From Gemmatimonadales bacterium (GTDB taxonomy: Bacteria > Gemmatimonadota > Gemmatimonadetes > Gemmatimonadales > GWC2-71-9), in NCBI GenBank assembly GCA_045803245.1, contig JBJMPK010000122.1, positions 438 to 64,437 on the forward strand: a DNA stretch of 64,000 nt, read 5' to 3'. The number at the start of each line of letters is the position of its first letter. The stretch's first letter is position 1. Below, piece by piece: positions 1 to 8,945 of the stretch. Under the pieces are notes generated by a model. It was not told where the DNA came from. It saw only the letters and a list, made by a program, of their open reading frames with translations, and did not search any database. The translations under genes were made by a program, and so were the position numbers.

Positions 1-1161
1 ACCAAGAACCCCGTGTTCCTGCTGGATGAGGTTGATAAGCTCGGTGTCTCGTTCCAGGGCGATCCCGCGAGCGCGCTGCTCGAGGTGCTCGACCCGGCCC
101 AGAACGACTCGTTCGTCGACCATTACCTCGGCGTGCCGTTCGATCTGAGCGAAGTGCTGTTCATCGCCACCGCAAACTTCATTCAGAACATTCCGGGGCC
201 GCTGCTCGACCGGATGGAGATCGTGGAGTTTGCCGGCTATACCGAGCGGGAGAAGCAGGAGATCGCCCGGAAGTACCTCATCCCGCGCCAGTTCAACGAG
301 AATGGGGTCAACGCGGAGCAGCTGACCATCACCGATGGGGCGTTGTCGGAGGTCATCACCAGCTACACCCGCGAGTCGGGAGTCCGGCAGCTGGAGCGCG
401 AGATCGGCCGGCTGGCCCGGAAGGTGGCCCGGAAGATCGCGACCCAGGAGGTCGATCGAATCACCATCGACCGCGAGATGGTCGACGACCTGCTCGGCCG
501 GCCCAAGGTGCATCCGGAGAAGATGGCGCGGGAGGACGAAGTCGGTGTCGCCACCGGCATGTACTACACGCCCACCGGCGGCGATATCATGTTCGTCGAA
601 GCTTCCACTATGCGGGGCAAGGGCGAGCTGGTCTTAACCGGTCAGCTGGGCGACGTGATGAAGGAGTCGGCTCGGGCGGCCTGGACCTACGCCCGGTCTC
701 ATGCGGCGGCGTTGCAGATACCGGACGAGATGTTCGACCGGGATATCCATATCCACGTCCCGGCCGGAGCCATCCCGAAAGATGGGCCGTCGGCCGGCGT
801 GACCATGGCGTCAGCTGTGGTTTCGGCCCTGTCTGGCCGCGCCGTCCGCCACGACATCGCCATGACCGGGGAGATTACTCTCCGCGGTCGGGTGATGCCG
901 ATCGGGGGAGTCAAGGAGAAGGTATTGGGTGCGGTCCGGGCCGGAATCACCCACATCATCCTGCCCAAAGAGAATGAGCCGGACCTGGAGGATCTGCCGC
1001 GCGAAGTGCGCGATAAGATCGAGGTATTCCTGGTCCAGGAGCTGGGCGAGGTGCTGGCCTTTACCCTCCGCGGCGCCACTTTCCGCGAAGGACGGCTGCT
1101 CTTCGGAGACGAGAAGAATCCCAGAGACGTGCTGCCCCTCTCGACCGGGTTTCGGCACTAA
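1..1161 (+). CDS. lon: Lon protease, C-terminal part (5' end outside window)
   Basis: Frame 1 is open from base 1; the track ORF 13..1161 merely starts at an internal GTG. Translation shows the AAA+ region ([25 protein letters not shown]) and the S16 protease domain ([31 protein letters not shown]). TAA at 1159-1161. Confidence 0.95.
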   Translation, partial: TKNPVFLLDEVDKLGVSFQGDPASALLEVLDPAQNDSFVDHYLGVPFDLSEVLFIATANFIQNIPGPLLDRMEIVEFAGYTEREKQEIARKYLIPRQFNENGVNAEQLTITDGALSEVITSYTRESGVRQLEREIGRLARKVARKIATQEVDRITIDREMVDDLLGRPKVHPEKMAREDEVGVATGMYYTPTGGDIMFVEASTMRGKGELVLTGQLGDVMKESARAAWTYARSHAAALQIPDEMFDRDIHIHVPAGAIPKDGPSAGVTMASAVVSALSGRAVRHDIAMTGEITLRGRVMPIGGVKEKVLGAVRAGITHIILPKENEPDLEDLPREVRDKIEVFLVQELGEVLAFTLRGATFREGRLLFGDEKNPRDVLPLSTGFRH

Positions 1162-1277
1162 GCAGCGGCGCAGATGGGCAGCGGGGCGGCGGGGCGGTTC
1201 GCTCCGCAAACACGAACCCTCTCGAGCTGAGTATGGCCCGAGAGGGTTTCTGTTTTCGTAGACCCCCCCTGTCGCCG

Positions 1278-2861
1278 CTACGGCCCCGCCGCCTCGCTGC
1301 CCCGCTGCCCCGCTCTTCGCAGCGCCCGATCCGCCATTTGAGCCAGCTCGGCGGCGGTGGTGCCGTCCTGGGGGAACACGGCGGTGCCCACCCTCACGTG
1401 GAGGGTGATGGCCTCACTCGCGGTGGTGCGGGCCGGCTGTTCGCTCAGAACCCGGTGGAGCTTCTCGCTCAACACCGCGGCTCCCCGGGCATCGACGCCC
1501 CGAAGCAGCATTCCGAATGCCTCGGACCCGTATCGTCCTATGACATCGCTGGCCCGGACGTTCGATCGAAATATGCCGGCCACGTGCAGCAGCACTTCAT
1601 CCCCCGAGCGCGGGCCCAGACGCTCGCTCACCCTGCGAAAGCCCTCCAGCTCGAAGAGCACGAACGCCAACGGCTCGCCATGACGTTGGCTGTAATCGAC
1701 CGCGTTCTCCAGCTCGGCCAGCAGCGTTGGGTGGTTGAGCAGGCCGGTAAGGGCGTCTCGATGAACCATCTCCCGGAGCCGGCGCCCTCGAGCCGCCCGT
1801 GCGATCACCGTTTGCACCAGGAGCTCCGGCTCTATGGCAGCGGTGACGAAATCATCCCCGCCGGCTCTCAGCATCGAGATCCGCTCTGCCGGAGTATCTT
1901 CGCCGACCAGAACGATGGGAAGCAGGTGATAGCGTGGATCCTGCCGCACCACCCGGGTGACCGCGAATGCATCCGGGCCGGCGATGCGGGTATTCAGCAG
2001 CAGGAGGTCGGGCACGTCGCGCTCCAGCGCTTCCGGTACCGTTTGCCCCTGCAGGCATCGGGTCACTTTGATATTGGCCGCTTCCAACGCGGGAATGATA
2101 CGGGCGGCAAATACGGCGTCGTGATCCACCAGCAGCACATTCGATGGCGGTGGACCGATCCGCGCGAAGGTTCGGGCATAGCGGGGGAGCTTCTGTTCGA
2201 CCTGTTCCGCCGGAAAGACCGCATCCACCCCGGCCGCAATGGCCCGCAGGCGATCGACCGCTCGAAGAGTCTCGACCAGCACGACGGCACCCGGCCTCCG
2301 GGCCGGGTTGTTGGTCCAGGCGGAAGCGATGGCCGAAGGGTCGCCATCTCCGGCCTCCCCACCGATCACTATCAAGTGGGGCAGCTCCTCCAGCGGTGTC
2401 GCGCCGGGGTCGTCCTGCCGGTTGGCAAAACGAACCTGATAGCCGGCATTCCTGAGCTCCTGCGCGATTCGCTCCCGTTGGGGGCTGGGCCGAAGGATGA
2501 GCAGGGCGCGCGGGATTGGATTGGGTGACCGGTCCGCCGTGGTTGCGGACAGCTGTGCTTCGGCGTTCCGCGCCGCCTCTCCCAGTCGAGCCACTATGCT
2601 GGGTAGTCCGTCAGGCTCGGGCCCGGCGCCCGACGCCAACCAGCGCTCCCCCTCGCGGGCGATTGCGCTCAGCTCCAGAAATCCAAAAGACCCCCCGGAA
2701 CCGGCGAGGCGATGGAGTCTCGCCTTGAGCGATCCGGTCGCCTCCGGGAGGCCTTGCTTCATTCCCGCGAGATCGGCGCGTAGCTCCGTGAGGCGGGCCG
2801 GCATGGATGCCAGGTACTCCCGCTGGAGCTCCAGAAACGCGCCATCGAGCGCATCAGTCAT
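1278..2861 (-). CDS. HPt / pseudo-receiver / degenerate-GGDEF signalling protein
   Basis: ORF 1278..3011 trimmed to the ATG at 2861 (MTDALDG), which forms an ATGA overlap with the upstream stop. HPt-like segment (LHRLAGSGGSFG). Receiver-like fold with Asn at the expected phospho-Asp (DLLLLNTRIAGPDAF). GGDEF fold whose signature reads GSEAF. Confidence 0.8.
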   Translation of the reverse strand: MTDALDGAFLELQREYLASMPARLTELRADLAGMKQGLPEATGSLKARLHRLAGSGGSFGFLELSAIAREGERWLASGAGPEPDGLPSIVARLGEAARNAEAQLSATTADRSPNPIPRALLILRPSPQRERIAQELRNAGYQVRFANRQDDPGATPLEELPHLIVIGGEAGDGDPSAIASAWTNNPARRPGAVVLVETLRAVDRLRAIAAGVDAVFPAEQVEQKLPRYARTFARIGPPPSNVLLVDHDAVFAARIIPALEAANIKVTRCLQGQTVPEALERDVPDLLLLNTRIAGPDAFAVTRVVRQDPRYHLLPIVLVGEDTPAERISMLRAGGDDFVTAAIEPELLVQTVIARAARGRRLREMVHRDALTGLLNHPTLLAELENAVDYSQRHGEPLAFVLFELEGFRRVSERLGPRSGDEVLLHVAGIFRSNVRASDVIGRYGSEAFGMLLRGVDARGAAVLSEKLHRVLSEQPARTTASEAITLHVRVGTAVFPQDGTTAAELAQMADRALRRAGQRGSEAAGP

Positions 2862-3544
2862 TCGCCCATCCTGAACCGTTCGAGGGCTAATCGCGCCGCA
2901 GCCACGAACGCCGGCGCCGTGCTCCAGTGGCCGCTGACCCGGGTGCCCTCCCGGGAGCCGAGAATGGCGCTGCGATCGTCCACCACAACGATTATCGGCG
3001 CGCCAGGCCATTCGGGTCCATCCGCAATCACTTCCACGGGTGCAAAGCCCAAGTCGACCGGTCCGGTAGACCAGAGCGATACCGGGAGGCCGGCCGACAC
3101 CGGCTTTCGGAGCGCCGGGCTGAGAAGAGGGAATGCGTCCATGGGAGCCAGCAAGGCGACGGACCGCGTGGCGCGGGCTACGTCATGGCTGATCAGTTGG
3201 AGGACGGCGCGACCCGACTCGATCTCTACCACGGTGGGGGTGCTGGGAACGGAGATCTGCTCCAGGTCGGTACTGAGCCGATCCAACGCCAGGCCGTGGA
3301 GGTGCGCTATTCGGGCGATGAGACCGGCGGGAGCCTCGGGGCGATAGAGCCGGGGACGCCCTCCCTCCACCCGCGCGGCCCCCTTGGCCACCAGCCCCGC
3401 CAACGCGCTATAGGCATTGGCTCGGGCCAGACCCGCGGCCCGCGCGATGGCGTACCCGGTGCCCGGTCCGCTGGTCAGGAGGACTTCGTAGACCAGGCTT
3501 TCGGTGGGCGTGAATCCGAAGTGCGTCAGATCGAGGCGAGGCAC
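2858..3544 (-). CDS. TrmB-family winged-helix transcriptional regulator
   Basis: N-terminal HTH resembling TrmB-type regulators (FGFTPTESLVYEVLLTSGPGTGYAIARAAGLARANAYSALAGLVAKGA). Stop overlaps the next gene's start. Confidence 0.7.
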   Translation of the reverse strand: MPRLDLTHFGFTPTESLVYEVLLTSGPGTGYAIARAAGLARANAYSALAGLVAKGAARVEGGRPRLYRPEAPAGLIARIAHLHGLALDRLSTDLEQISVPSTPTVVEIESGRAVLQLISHDVARATRSVALLAPMDAFPLLSPALRKPVSAGLPVSLWSTGPVDLGFAPVEVIADGPEWPGAPIIVVVDDRSAILGSREGTRVSGHWSTAPAFVAAARLALERFRMGE

Positions 3545-3587
3545 GGTAGTAGTATGAACTGCTACCCAGTCCGCCGCAAGCTGCGAT

Positions 3588-4577
3588 TTAGGTGTACGTC
3601 AGCGTCCAGCCTAGCGCTTTAGCGATCAGGGCCAGGCGAAATGTCAGGTCCACCTCTTTCCCTTCGGCTGACTTGGAATCGAGGTGAAGAGGATAGTAAT
3701 GGTGGGTAATCTTATTGAGCGGCTTGGGTTGCGATCGAAGGTTCTTAGGCCGCCAGACCCCGGTGGGATCGCAATCGTCGAGTAACCGGCCCAGGACCTT
3801 GGTGGCCACCGGCGCCCACTCGAGGGCACCCATCCGGGCGAGTAGCTCGATGTAATGAAGAGCCAGGGGGATGTCCTTAGCGTGCCCCTTGCTGTCGGCG
3901 TCGATCGGGTCGCCCAGAATGAGATGCTGCGGCTTTACGGTCTTCTTTCCCACCTGAAGCACGAACGCCTTCTTGGGGGCGGGCTGGGCCAGGTAGTGGC
4001 CCAAGCGCTCGGTAAAGCCGGCCCGCTCACGCTGGAGGTTGGGCATAGACGCCAGCATAGCGACAGAATACCAACTCGGCGGGTATGCCTGGGGGTGAAG
4101 GACGATCTGCTTGCCCGATTTGAGGAAAGGCTTTTCCGCCAACGGGCTGCGCAGGAACTGGGAAATGGCACTGGCAATCTTGTGGCCGGCGCCCCTGAGC
4201 CGGGGATCTTCCGCGTATCCTGCTTCGGCTAAGGCTGCTGATGCGGCCTCCCGCATGATTCCGCGGGCCCATGCCTCTGCCTCCACATCGGCCTTCACGC
4301 TCTTCTGGAACTCGAACAGCAGGGAAGGATCTTCGTCCCGGGAGAGCAGCCGGAAGAGGACCCTGTCCGCCAGCTTGAAAGGCCGGCCCGAACGGGGCCA
4401 CTCCAACTGGAGCAGGCGGCGGTACTGGGGGATGGTGCCGACGTCCTTGATGCCCTGGGCCGCCGAAACGGCTAACCCCAGCAGGTTCCCCCCCCAAATC
4501 CCGTTGTCCTTCTGCTTCTTTACTACTGCCAGGGCCGTCTTGGACTCAGGAATCGCATGCCGAGCCGCTTCCACCAC
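3588..4577 (-). CDS. hypothetical protein (true start probably upstream of 4577)
   Basis: Track ORF. The frame stays open upstream to the TGA at 4770-4772, and that stretch translates to coding-looking sequence (PLTWLIENAGPSIRYRTYREL) with no ATG/GTG/TTG. A CTG at 4694 is preceded by GGAG at 4700-4703. GC looks lower than in the neighbours. Confidence 0.6.
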   Translation of the reverse strand: MVEAARHAIPESKTALAVVKKQKDNGIWGGNLLGLAVSAAQGIKDVGTIPQYRRLLQLEWPRSGRPFKLADRVLFRLLSRDEDPSLLFEFQKSVKADVEAEAWARGIMREAASAALAEAGYAEDPRLRGAGHKIASAISQFLRSPLAEKPFLKSGKQIVLHPQAYPPSWYSVAMLASMPNLQRERAGFTERLGHYLAQPAPKKAFVLQVGKKTVKPQHLILGDPIDADSKGHAKDIPLALHYIELLARMGALEWAPVATKVLGRLLDDCDPTGVWRPKNLRSQPKPLNKITHHYYPLHLDSKSAEGKEVDLTFRLALIAKALGWTLTYT

Positions 4578-4769
4578 CTCGGCGGCAGCAAATCCTTCCG
4601 GAGCGAGCTCCCGGTAGGTGCGGTAGCGGATTGACGGCCCGGCGTTCTCGATTAGCCAGGTGAGTGGGATCCGGTGCTCGGAAGGCAGGTCCAGAGTGGC
4701 TCCGGAGATCGGGGGGCAGGCGCGAGCGGCGGAGAAGATAGCCGCTGGCGGGAAAGACGGGAAGGTCGC

Positions 4770-6413
4770 TCAGCGCCGCCGCTCCTCCCCTGCCTGACGA
4801 AATTCGGAGTTCCTGTTCCACGCCGGTTGCTGTGAAGCATCGGCTACTGCGAGCGCTGTACGGACGATGACTCGAAGCTGTTGAGCTGCTCCGTCATAGT
4901 TGAACCAGGGCGCCACCTCGTCGCTGGGCTGGTGATAGCGCTTTTCGGTGTACTCTGCCTCCCGCTTGCTGCCGTAATCCGCCGGCTGACCCACGTACTG
5001 GCGCCCATTCTCGATGGAGGTTCCCGGAATGCCCGCCCGGGCAAAGGGGAAGTGATCAGAACGGAAATAGGAGCCGCGAATCAGGGCATCCTGGTTGACG
5101 CTGACCGATAACCCTTCGGCGGCGGCTGCGCGGTTAAAGACGCCGCCCAGGGATGACTGATCCAGCCCCAAAGCCGATACGTCCCGGGTCCGGCCGTACA
5201 GGTTCATCACGTCGAGGTTGAGAATCGCCGCTATTCGGCTCAAAGGAATGGTGGGTTTGACCACGAAGGCCTGGGAACCGAGCAAGCCGGCTTCCTCGGC
5301 CGTGAACGCAACGAATACGATGGAGCGTTCGGTTGGCACCCCGCTCCGGACGAAGGCCTCGGCCGACGCGAGCACGGCCGCCGTGCCGGAGGCGTTGTCT
5401 TCCGCGCCGTTATAGATGGAATCGCCATCGATGGGTGTGCTGATACCGAAGTGATCGTAGTGGCCCCCGATCATGACCGCCTCGCGCGCTAAGGGACCAC
5501 GGCCCGGCCGGCGTCCCAGCACGTTGCTGGTCGACGATCGTGTGATGGTGCTGCGAACGGTGGCCTCGAGCTGCACCCCCAGCGGAACGGCTTTGAACCC
5601 GCGGTGCCAGGCTTGGTCCATGAGACTCGTCAGGTCCTGGTTTCCCTGGCGGAACAACTTTGCAGCCGCATCCTGATTGAGCCATCCTGCGACGAGGAGC
5701 GACTGGGCCGGCTCCTCGATACGGACCTGAGGGCCGGTCCAGCTCGACTGGACGGTGCTCCACGGGTACGTGGCGCTCTCGGTTGTATGCACCAGCAGAA
5801 TTCCGGCCGCGCCCTGGCGTTGGGCCTCCTCGATCTTGTAGGTCCAACGGCCGTAGTACGTCAGGATAGGACCGCGAAAGATGGTCGAATCGCGGAGGCC
5901 CGGATCGTTCACCAGAACCACGACAATTTTGTTCTTGACGTCGATGCCTTTGTAGTCGTCCCACTGGTATTCCGGCGCCACGATGCCGTATCCGACAAAG
6001 ACAAGATCGGCTTTGACCGTGGTCGTCGAGTCGTTGCGCATCGACCAGAGCACGTAATCCGTGCGGTAAGCCAGCTCCCCAGCGGCCGGGCTGGTGATCT
6101 TCACCGTGGGATTCGGTGTCAGCGTGATGATCGGTACGTGATGGAAGTATGTGCCGCTGTCCCCGGCGGGCTCGAGTCCCAGCCGCTCGAACTGCGCCGC
6201 GATGTACTTCGCCGCAAGGTCTCCGCCTCGGGTGCCCGGTTTGCGTCCCTCAAGCGCGTCGTCGGCCAGAAACTCGAGGTGGGCTCGCATGACCTTTCCG
6301 TCCACCGCTCGCGCGACCCGGGCTGACGGCGGTCCAGCAGACGGAGGCTGCTGGGCCATTGCGGTGGCCGCACCGCAGCAGACGAGAAAGGTGATAGTCG
6401 GACGGATGCGCAT
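4770..6413 (-). CDS. secreted M28-family aminopeptidase with PA domain
   Basis: Signal-like N-terminus (MRIRPTITFLVCCGAATAMAQQ). M28 zinc-site motifs GGHYDHFG, GAEDNASGTAAVL and FTAEEAGLLGS. Confidence 0.85.
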   Translation of the reverse strand: MRIRPTITFLVCCGAATAMAQQPPSAGPPSARVARAVDGKVMRAHLEFLADDALEGRKPGTRGGDLAAKYIAAQFERLGLEPAGDSGTYFHHVPIITLTPNPTVKITSPAAGELAYRTDYVLWSMRNDSTTTVKADLVFVGYGIVAPEYQWDDYKGIDVKNKIVVVLVNDPGLRDSTIFRGPILTYYGRWTYKIEEAQRQGAAGILLVHTTESATYPWSTVQSSWTGPQVRIEEPAQSLLVAGWLNQDAAAKLFRQGNQDLTSLMDQAWHRGFKAVPLGVQLEATVRSTITRSSTSNVLGRRPGRGPLAREAVMIGGHYDHFGISTPIDGDSIYNGAEDNASGTAAVLASAEAFVRSGVPTERSIVFVAFTAEEAGLLGSQAFVVKPTIPLSRIAAILNLDVMNLYGRTRDVSALGLDQSSLGGVFNRAAAAEGLSVSVNQDALIRGSYFRSDHFPFARAGIPGTSIENGRQYVGQPADYGSKREAEYTEKRYHQPSDEVAPWFNYDGAAQQLRVIVRTALAVADASQQPAWNRNSEFRQAGEERRR

Positions 6414-6432
6414 CTGGCTTCCTGAAAGAGGG

Positions 6433-7209
6433 TCAGACGAGAGACGACGGACAGAGCTGCGCGAGCACGCAGTCGCCGCAGCGGGGTCGCCGGGCGATGC
6501 AGACCTGCCGCCCGTGAAAAATCAGCAAGTGCGAGAGGAGGGCCCAATCCTGCTGGGGAAACAGCTTCATGAGCACCTGCTCGATCTTCACGGGATCGTC
6601 CTCCCGGCTCAAACCGAGCAGCCTACTGAGGCGGGTGACGTGAGTGTCGACGGTGACCCCTTCATTGATGCCGAAGGCGTTTCCCAGCACCACGTTGGCG
6701 GTCTTGCGGCCGACACCGGGAAGCCGGCGCAGCTCCTCCATCGTCCGGGGTACTTCCCCCGCGTGGTCGGCCACGAGGGCCTGGGCCATTCCGATCAGAC
6801 TCCTGGCCTTGTTGCGGAAGAACCCGGTGGATTTAATGATCTCCTGAAGCTCCATCGAGTCGGCCTGAGCCAGCTCAAACGGCGTCGGGTAACGGGAAAA
6901 CAGGGTGGGAGTCACCAGGTTTACCCGAACATCGGTGCACTGGGCCGAAAGGATGGTGGCGCAGAGGAGCTCGTAGGCATTCCGATAATCCAGGGCGCAC
7001 CGGGCGTCGGGGTAGAGGGCCCTGAGCCGGGAGAGGAGCTCGGGGGCACGGGCGGACAGGCGGACGGGCTTACGGGCCGACTGCGGACCCTGAGTATCCG
7101 ACCTTGAGAGAGCGCCCTTCTTAAGGCGAACAGATCCCTTCTTAGCCGGAGTTTTTCTGTCCGGCCCTCCGGCTGCCCGCCTGTCCGCCCGTCTGCCCAC
7201 CTTCATCAC
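6433..7209 (-). CDS. nth: endonuclease III (DNA glycosylase/AP lyase) with basic N-terminal extension
   Basis: HhH-GPD motif (LPGVGRKTANVVL). C-terminal 4Fe-4S loop (CIARRPRCGDCVLAQLC). Start is GTG 7209 or ATG 7206; both overlap the PolX stop at 7206-7208. Confidence 0.9.
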   Translation of the reverse strand: MMKVGRRADRRAAGGPDRKTPAKKGSVRLKKGALSRSDTQGPQSARKPVRLSARAPELLSRLRALYPDARCALDYRNAYELLCATILSAQCTDVRVNLVTPTLFSRYPTPFELAQADSMELQEIIKSTGFFRNKARSLIGMAQALVADHAGEVPRTMEELRRLPGVGRKTANVVLGNAFGINEGVTVDTHVTRLSRLLGLSREDDPVKIEQVLMKLFPQQDWALLSHLLIFHGRQVCIARRPRCGDCVLAQLCPSSLV

Positions 7210-8945
7210 CGCCGTCTCCTCGCGTAGGCCACGAATTCGTCCACCGGCCGCGCATTCAGAATATCCTGTGCCGCCAGCCAGCCCTTTCTCGCCATCCCCA
7301 CGCCGTACTCGACATAGCCCAGGCCGGCGACGTTGTGCGCGTCCGCGCCGATCGAGATGGCCACCCCTTTGTCGCGCGCCTCGCGCAGCACGCGCCAGTC
7401 GAGATCGAGCCGGTGAGGGTCGGCATTGATCTCCAGCGCCACGCCGGTCTCAGCCGCCTTGTCGGTCACCGCCTCCAGGTCTATGGGATAGGGATCCCGC
7501 GAGAGCAGGAGCCGGCCGGTGGGATGGCCGATGATGGTGAGATGGGGATTGTCCATGGCGGCCAGCATACGTGCGGTCATCTCCCGCTCACCCATGTTGA
7601 ACCGGCTGTGCACCGACGCGATCACGAAATCCAGCCGCTCGAGCACATGCGCGTCGTAATCGACCCGGCCGTCCTGGAGGATGTCAGCCTCGATCCCCTT
7701 CAACACTCGAAAACCCTCGAGCCTCGCGTTCACCTCGTCGATCTCGTCGGCCTGCCGGGCCAGATCATCGGCGCTAAGGCCACCGGCATAGGCTGCCGCC
7801 TGGCTGTGATCGGTGACGCCGAGGTAATCGTACCCCGCGGCCTTGCAGGCTAAAGCCAGCTCCTCGACCGTGCTGGATCCATCGGAGTAGCTGGTGTGGC
7901 AGTGCAGTAATCCCCGGACATCCTTCCTGTCCACCAGTTTGGGAAGCTGCCTGCGTTCGGCCGCCGCTACTTCGCCCCTGCCCTCGCGCAGTTCCGGCGG
8001 TATGAAGCTCAATCCCAGCGCCTCATAGAATGCATTCTCGTCGGGCGTGGGAACGAACTGGCTGCCGCGCCACAACGCCGCTCCGCTCAAGGCAAACCCG
8101 TTGCTGCCGGCGTAGGCGGCCAGCTCCCGTAGATGTCCCTCGCTTCCGGTGGCCTGAACCAGGACGGCGCCGGCGTTGACCGGCGTCGTGGCGACAACCT
8201 GAGCGGTAGCCCCGCCGGCAAACCGGAGCGTCAGCCGGCGTTCATCCTGGCCGGCGAACTCGTGCACCCCAGGCAGCTGACTGAGCCGGCGAAACAAGTC
8301 CGCGGGGGAGGACTCCGCCACCAGGACGACGACGAGCTCCCGCACCACCTCGGACCGGCGCCGGACGTCGCCCGCAACGATCGCTCGGGTCACACCGGGC
8401 AACCTCTCCAGGGCCGCGCGCAGTCCCTCTGCCTCGTCCGCGGCGTGGTGGGAGAGCCGAAACGCGCTCGCCTGGCGCAGGTAGGCGATAGACTTGAGCA
8501 AGTTCTCGGATGTTTTGGGGCCGAAACGGGGCAGCTTGGCCAATCGTCCGTCGTGCGCGGCGGCCTCCAGCTCGGGCAAGGTATCGATGCCGAGCACCTC
8601 GTGAATCTGGCGGATCTTGGCGACGCCCAATCCGGAGATCTCGAGCATTTCGACCAGTCCCGGCGGAATCTGCTCCCGGAGGTCTTCCAGCATGCTGGCC
8701 CTACCGGTGCCCACCAGCTCCTTGACGATCTGCAGCGTTGCCGGTCCGACTCCTTTGGCCGACGCGAGCGAGCCGTCGTCCAGAGACTCGCGGAGATCAC
8801 GGGGGAAGCCACTGATCGCTCGGGCCGCCGTCCTGAAAGCCCGAATGCGAAACGGATTCTCGTTCTTGAGCTCGAGAAATGCGGCGATCTGTTCCAGCAC
8901 CTGGGCGACCGCCTTCTTGTCCATGTAGTCCTTTACGCTCTCCAT
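7206..8945 (-). CDS. polX: family X DNA polymerase with C-terminal PHP domain (PolX)
   Basis: Pol-beta-like N-terminus with HhH motifs (KGVGPATLQ, ISGLGVAKI). PHP domain (LLHCHTSYSDG, GVTDHS). ATG 8945 overlaps the upstream TGA (TGATG); the track uses TTG 8948. Confidence 0.9.
   Translation of the reverse strand: MESVKDYMDKKAVAQVLEQIAAFLELKNENPFRIRAFRTAARAISGFPRDLRESLDDGSLASAKGVGPATLQIVKELVGTGRASMLEDLREQIPPGLVEMLEISGLGVAKIRQIHEVLGIDTLPELEAAAHDGRLAKLPRFGPKTSENLLKSIAYLRQASAFRLSHHAADEAEGLRAALERLPGVTRAIVAGDVRRRSEVVRELVVVLVAESSPADLFRRLSQLPGVHEFAGQDERRLTLRFAGGATAQVVATTPVNAGAVLVQATGSEGHLRELAAYAGSNGFALSGAALWRGSQFVPTPDENAFYEALGLSFIPPELREGRGEVAAAERRQLPKLVDRKDVRGLLHCHTSYSDGSSTVEELALACKAAGYDYLGVTDHSQAAAYAGGLSADDLARQADEIDEVNARLEGFRVLKGIEADILQDGRVDYDAHVLERLDFVIASVHSRFNMGEREMTARMLAAMDNPHLTIIGHPTGRLLLSRDPYPIDLEAVTDKAAETGVALEINADPHRLDLDWRVLREARDKGVAISIGADAHNVAGLGYVEYGVGMARKGWLAAQDILNARPVDEFVAYARRRR

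Noticed and set aside
1233-2528. 431-aa + strand ORF
   Set aside because: Antisense shadow of the GGDEF-domain gene. The translation is Arg/Gly/Pro-rich with no motif, which is typical of high-GC opposite-strand frames.
4770-4772. TGA read as selenocysteine or programmed read-through, fusing the M28 peptidase to the downstream protein
   Set aside because: I saw no SECIS-like hairpin immediately downstream. The peptidase C-terminus looks complete. A CTG with a well-spaced GGAG offers a simpler explanation. This is kept as an alternative in the corresponding finding.
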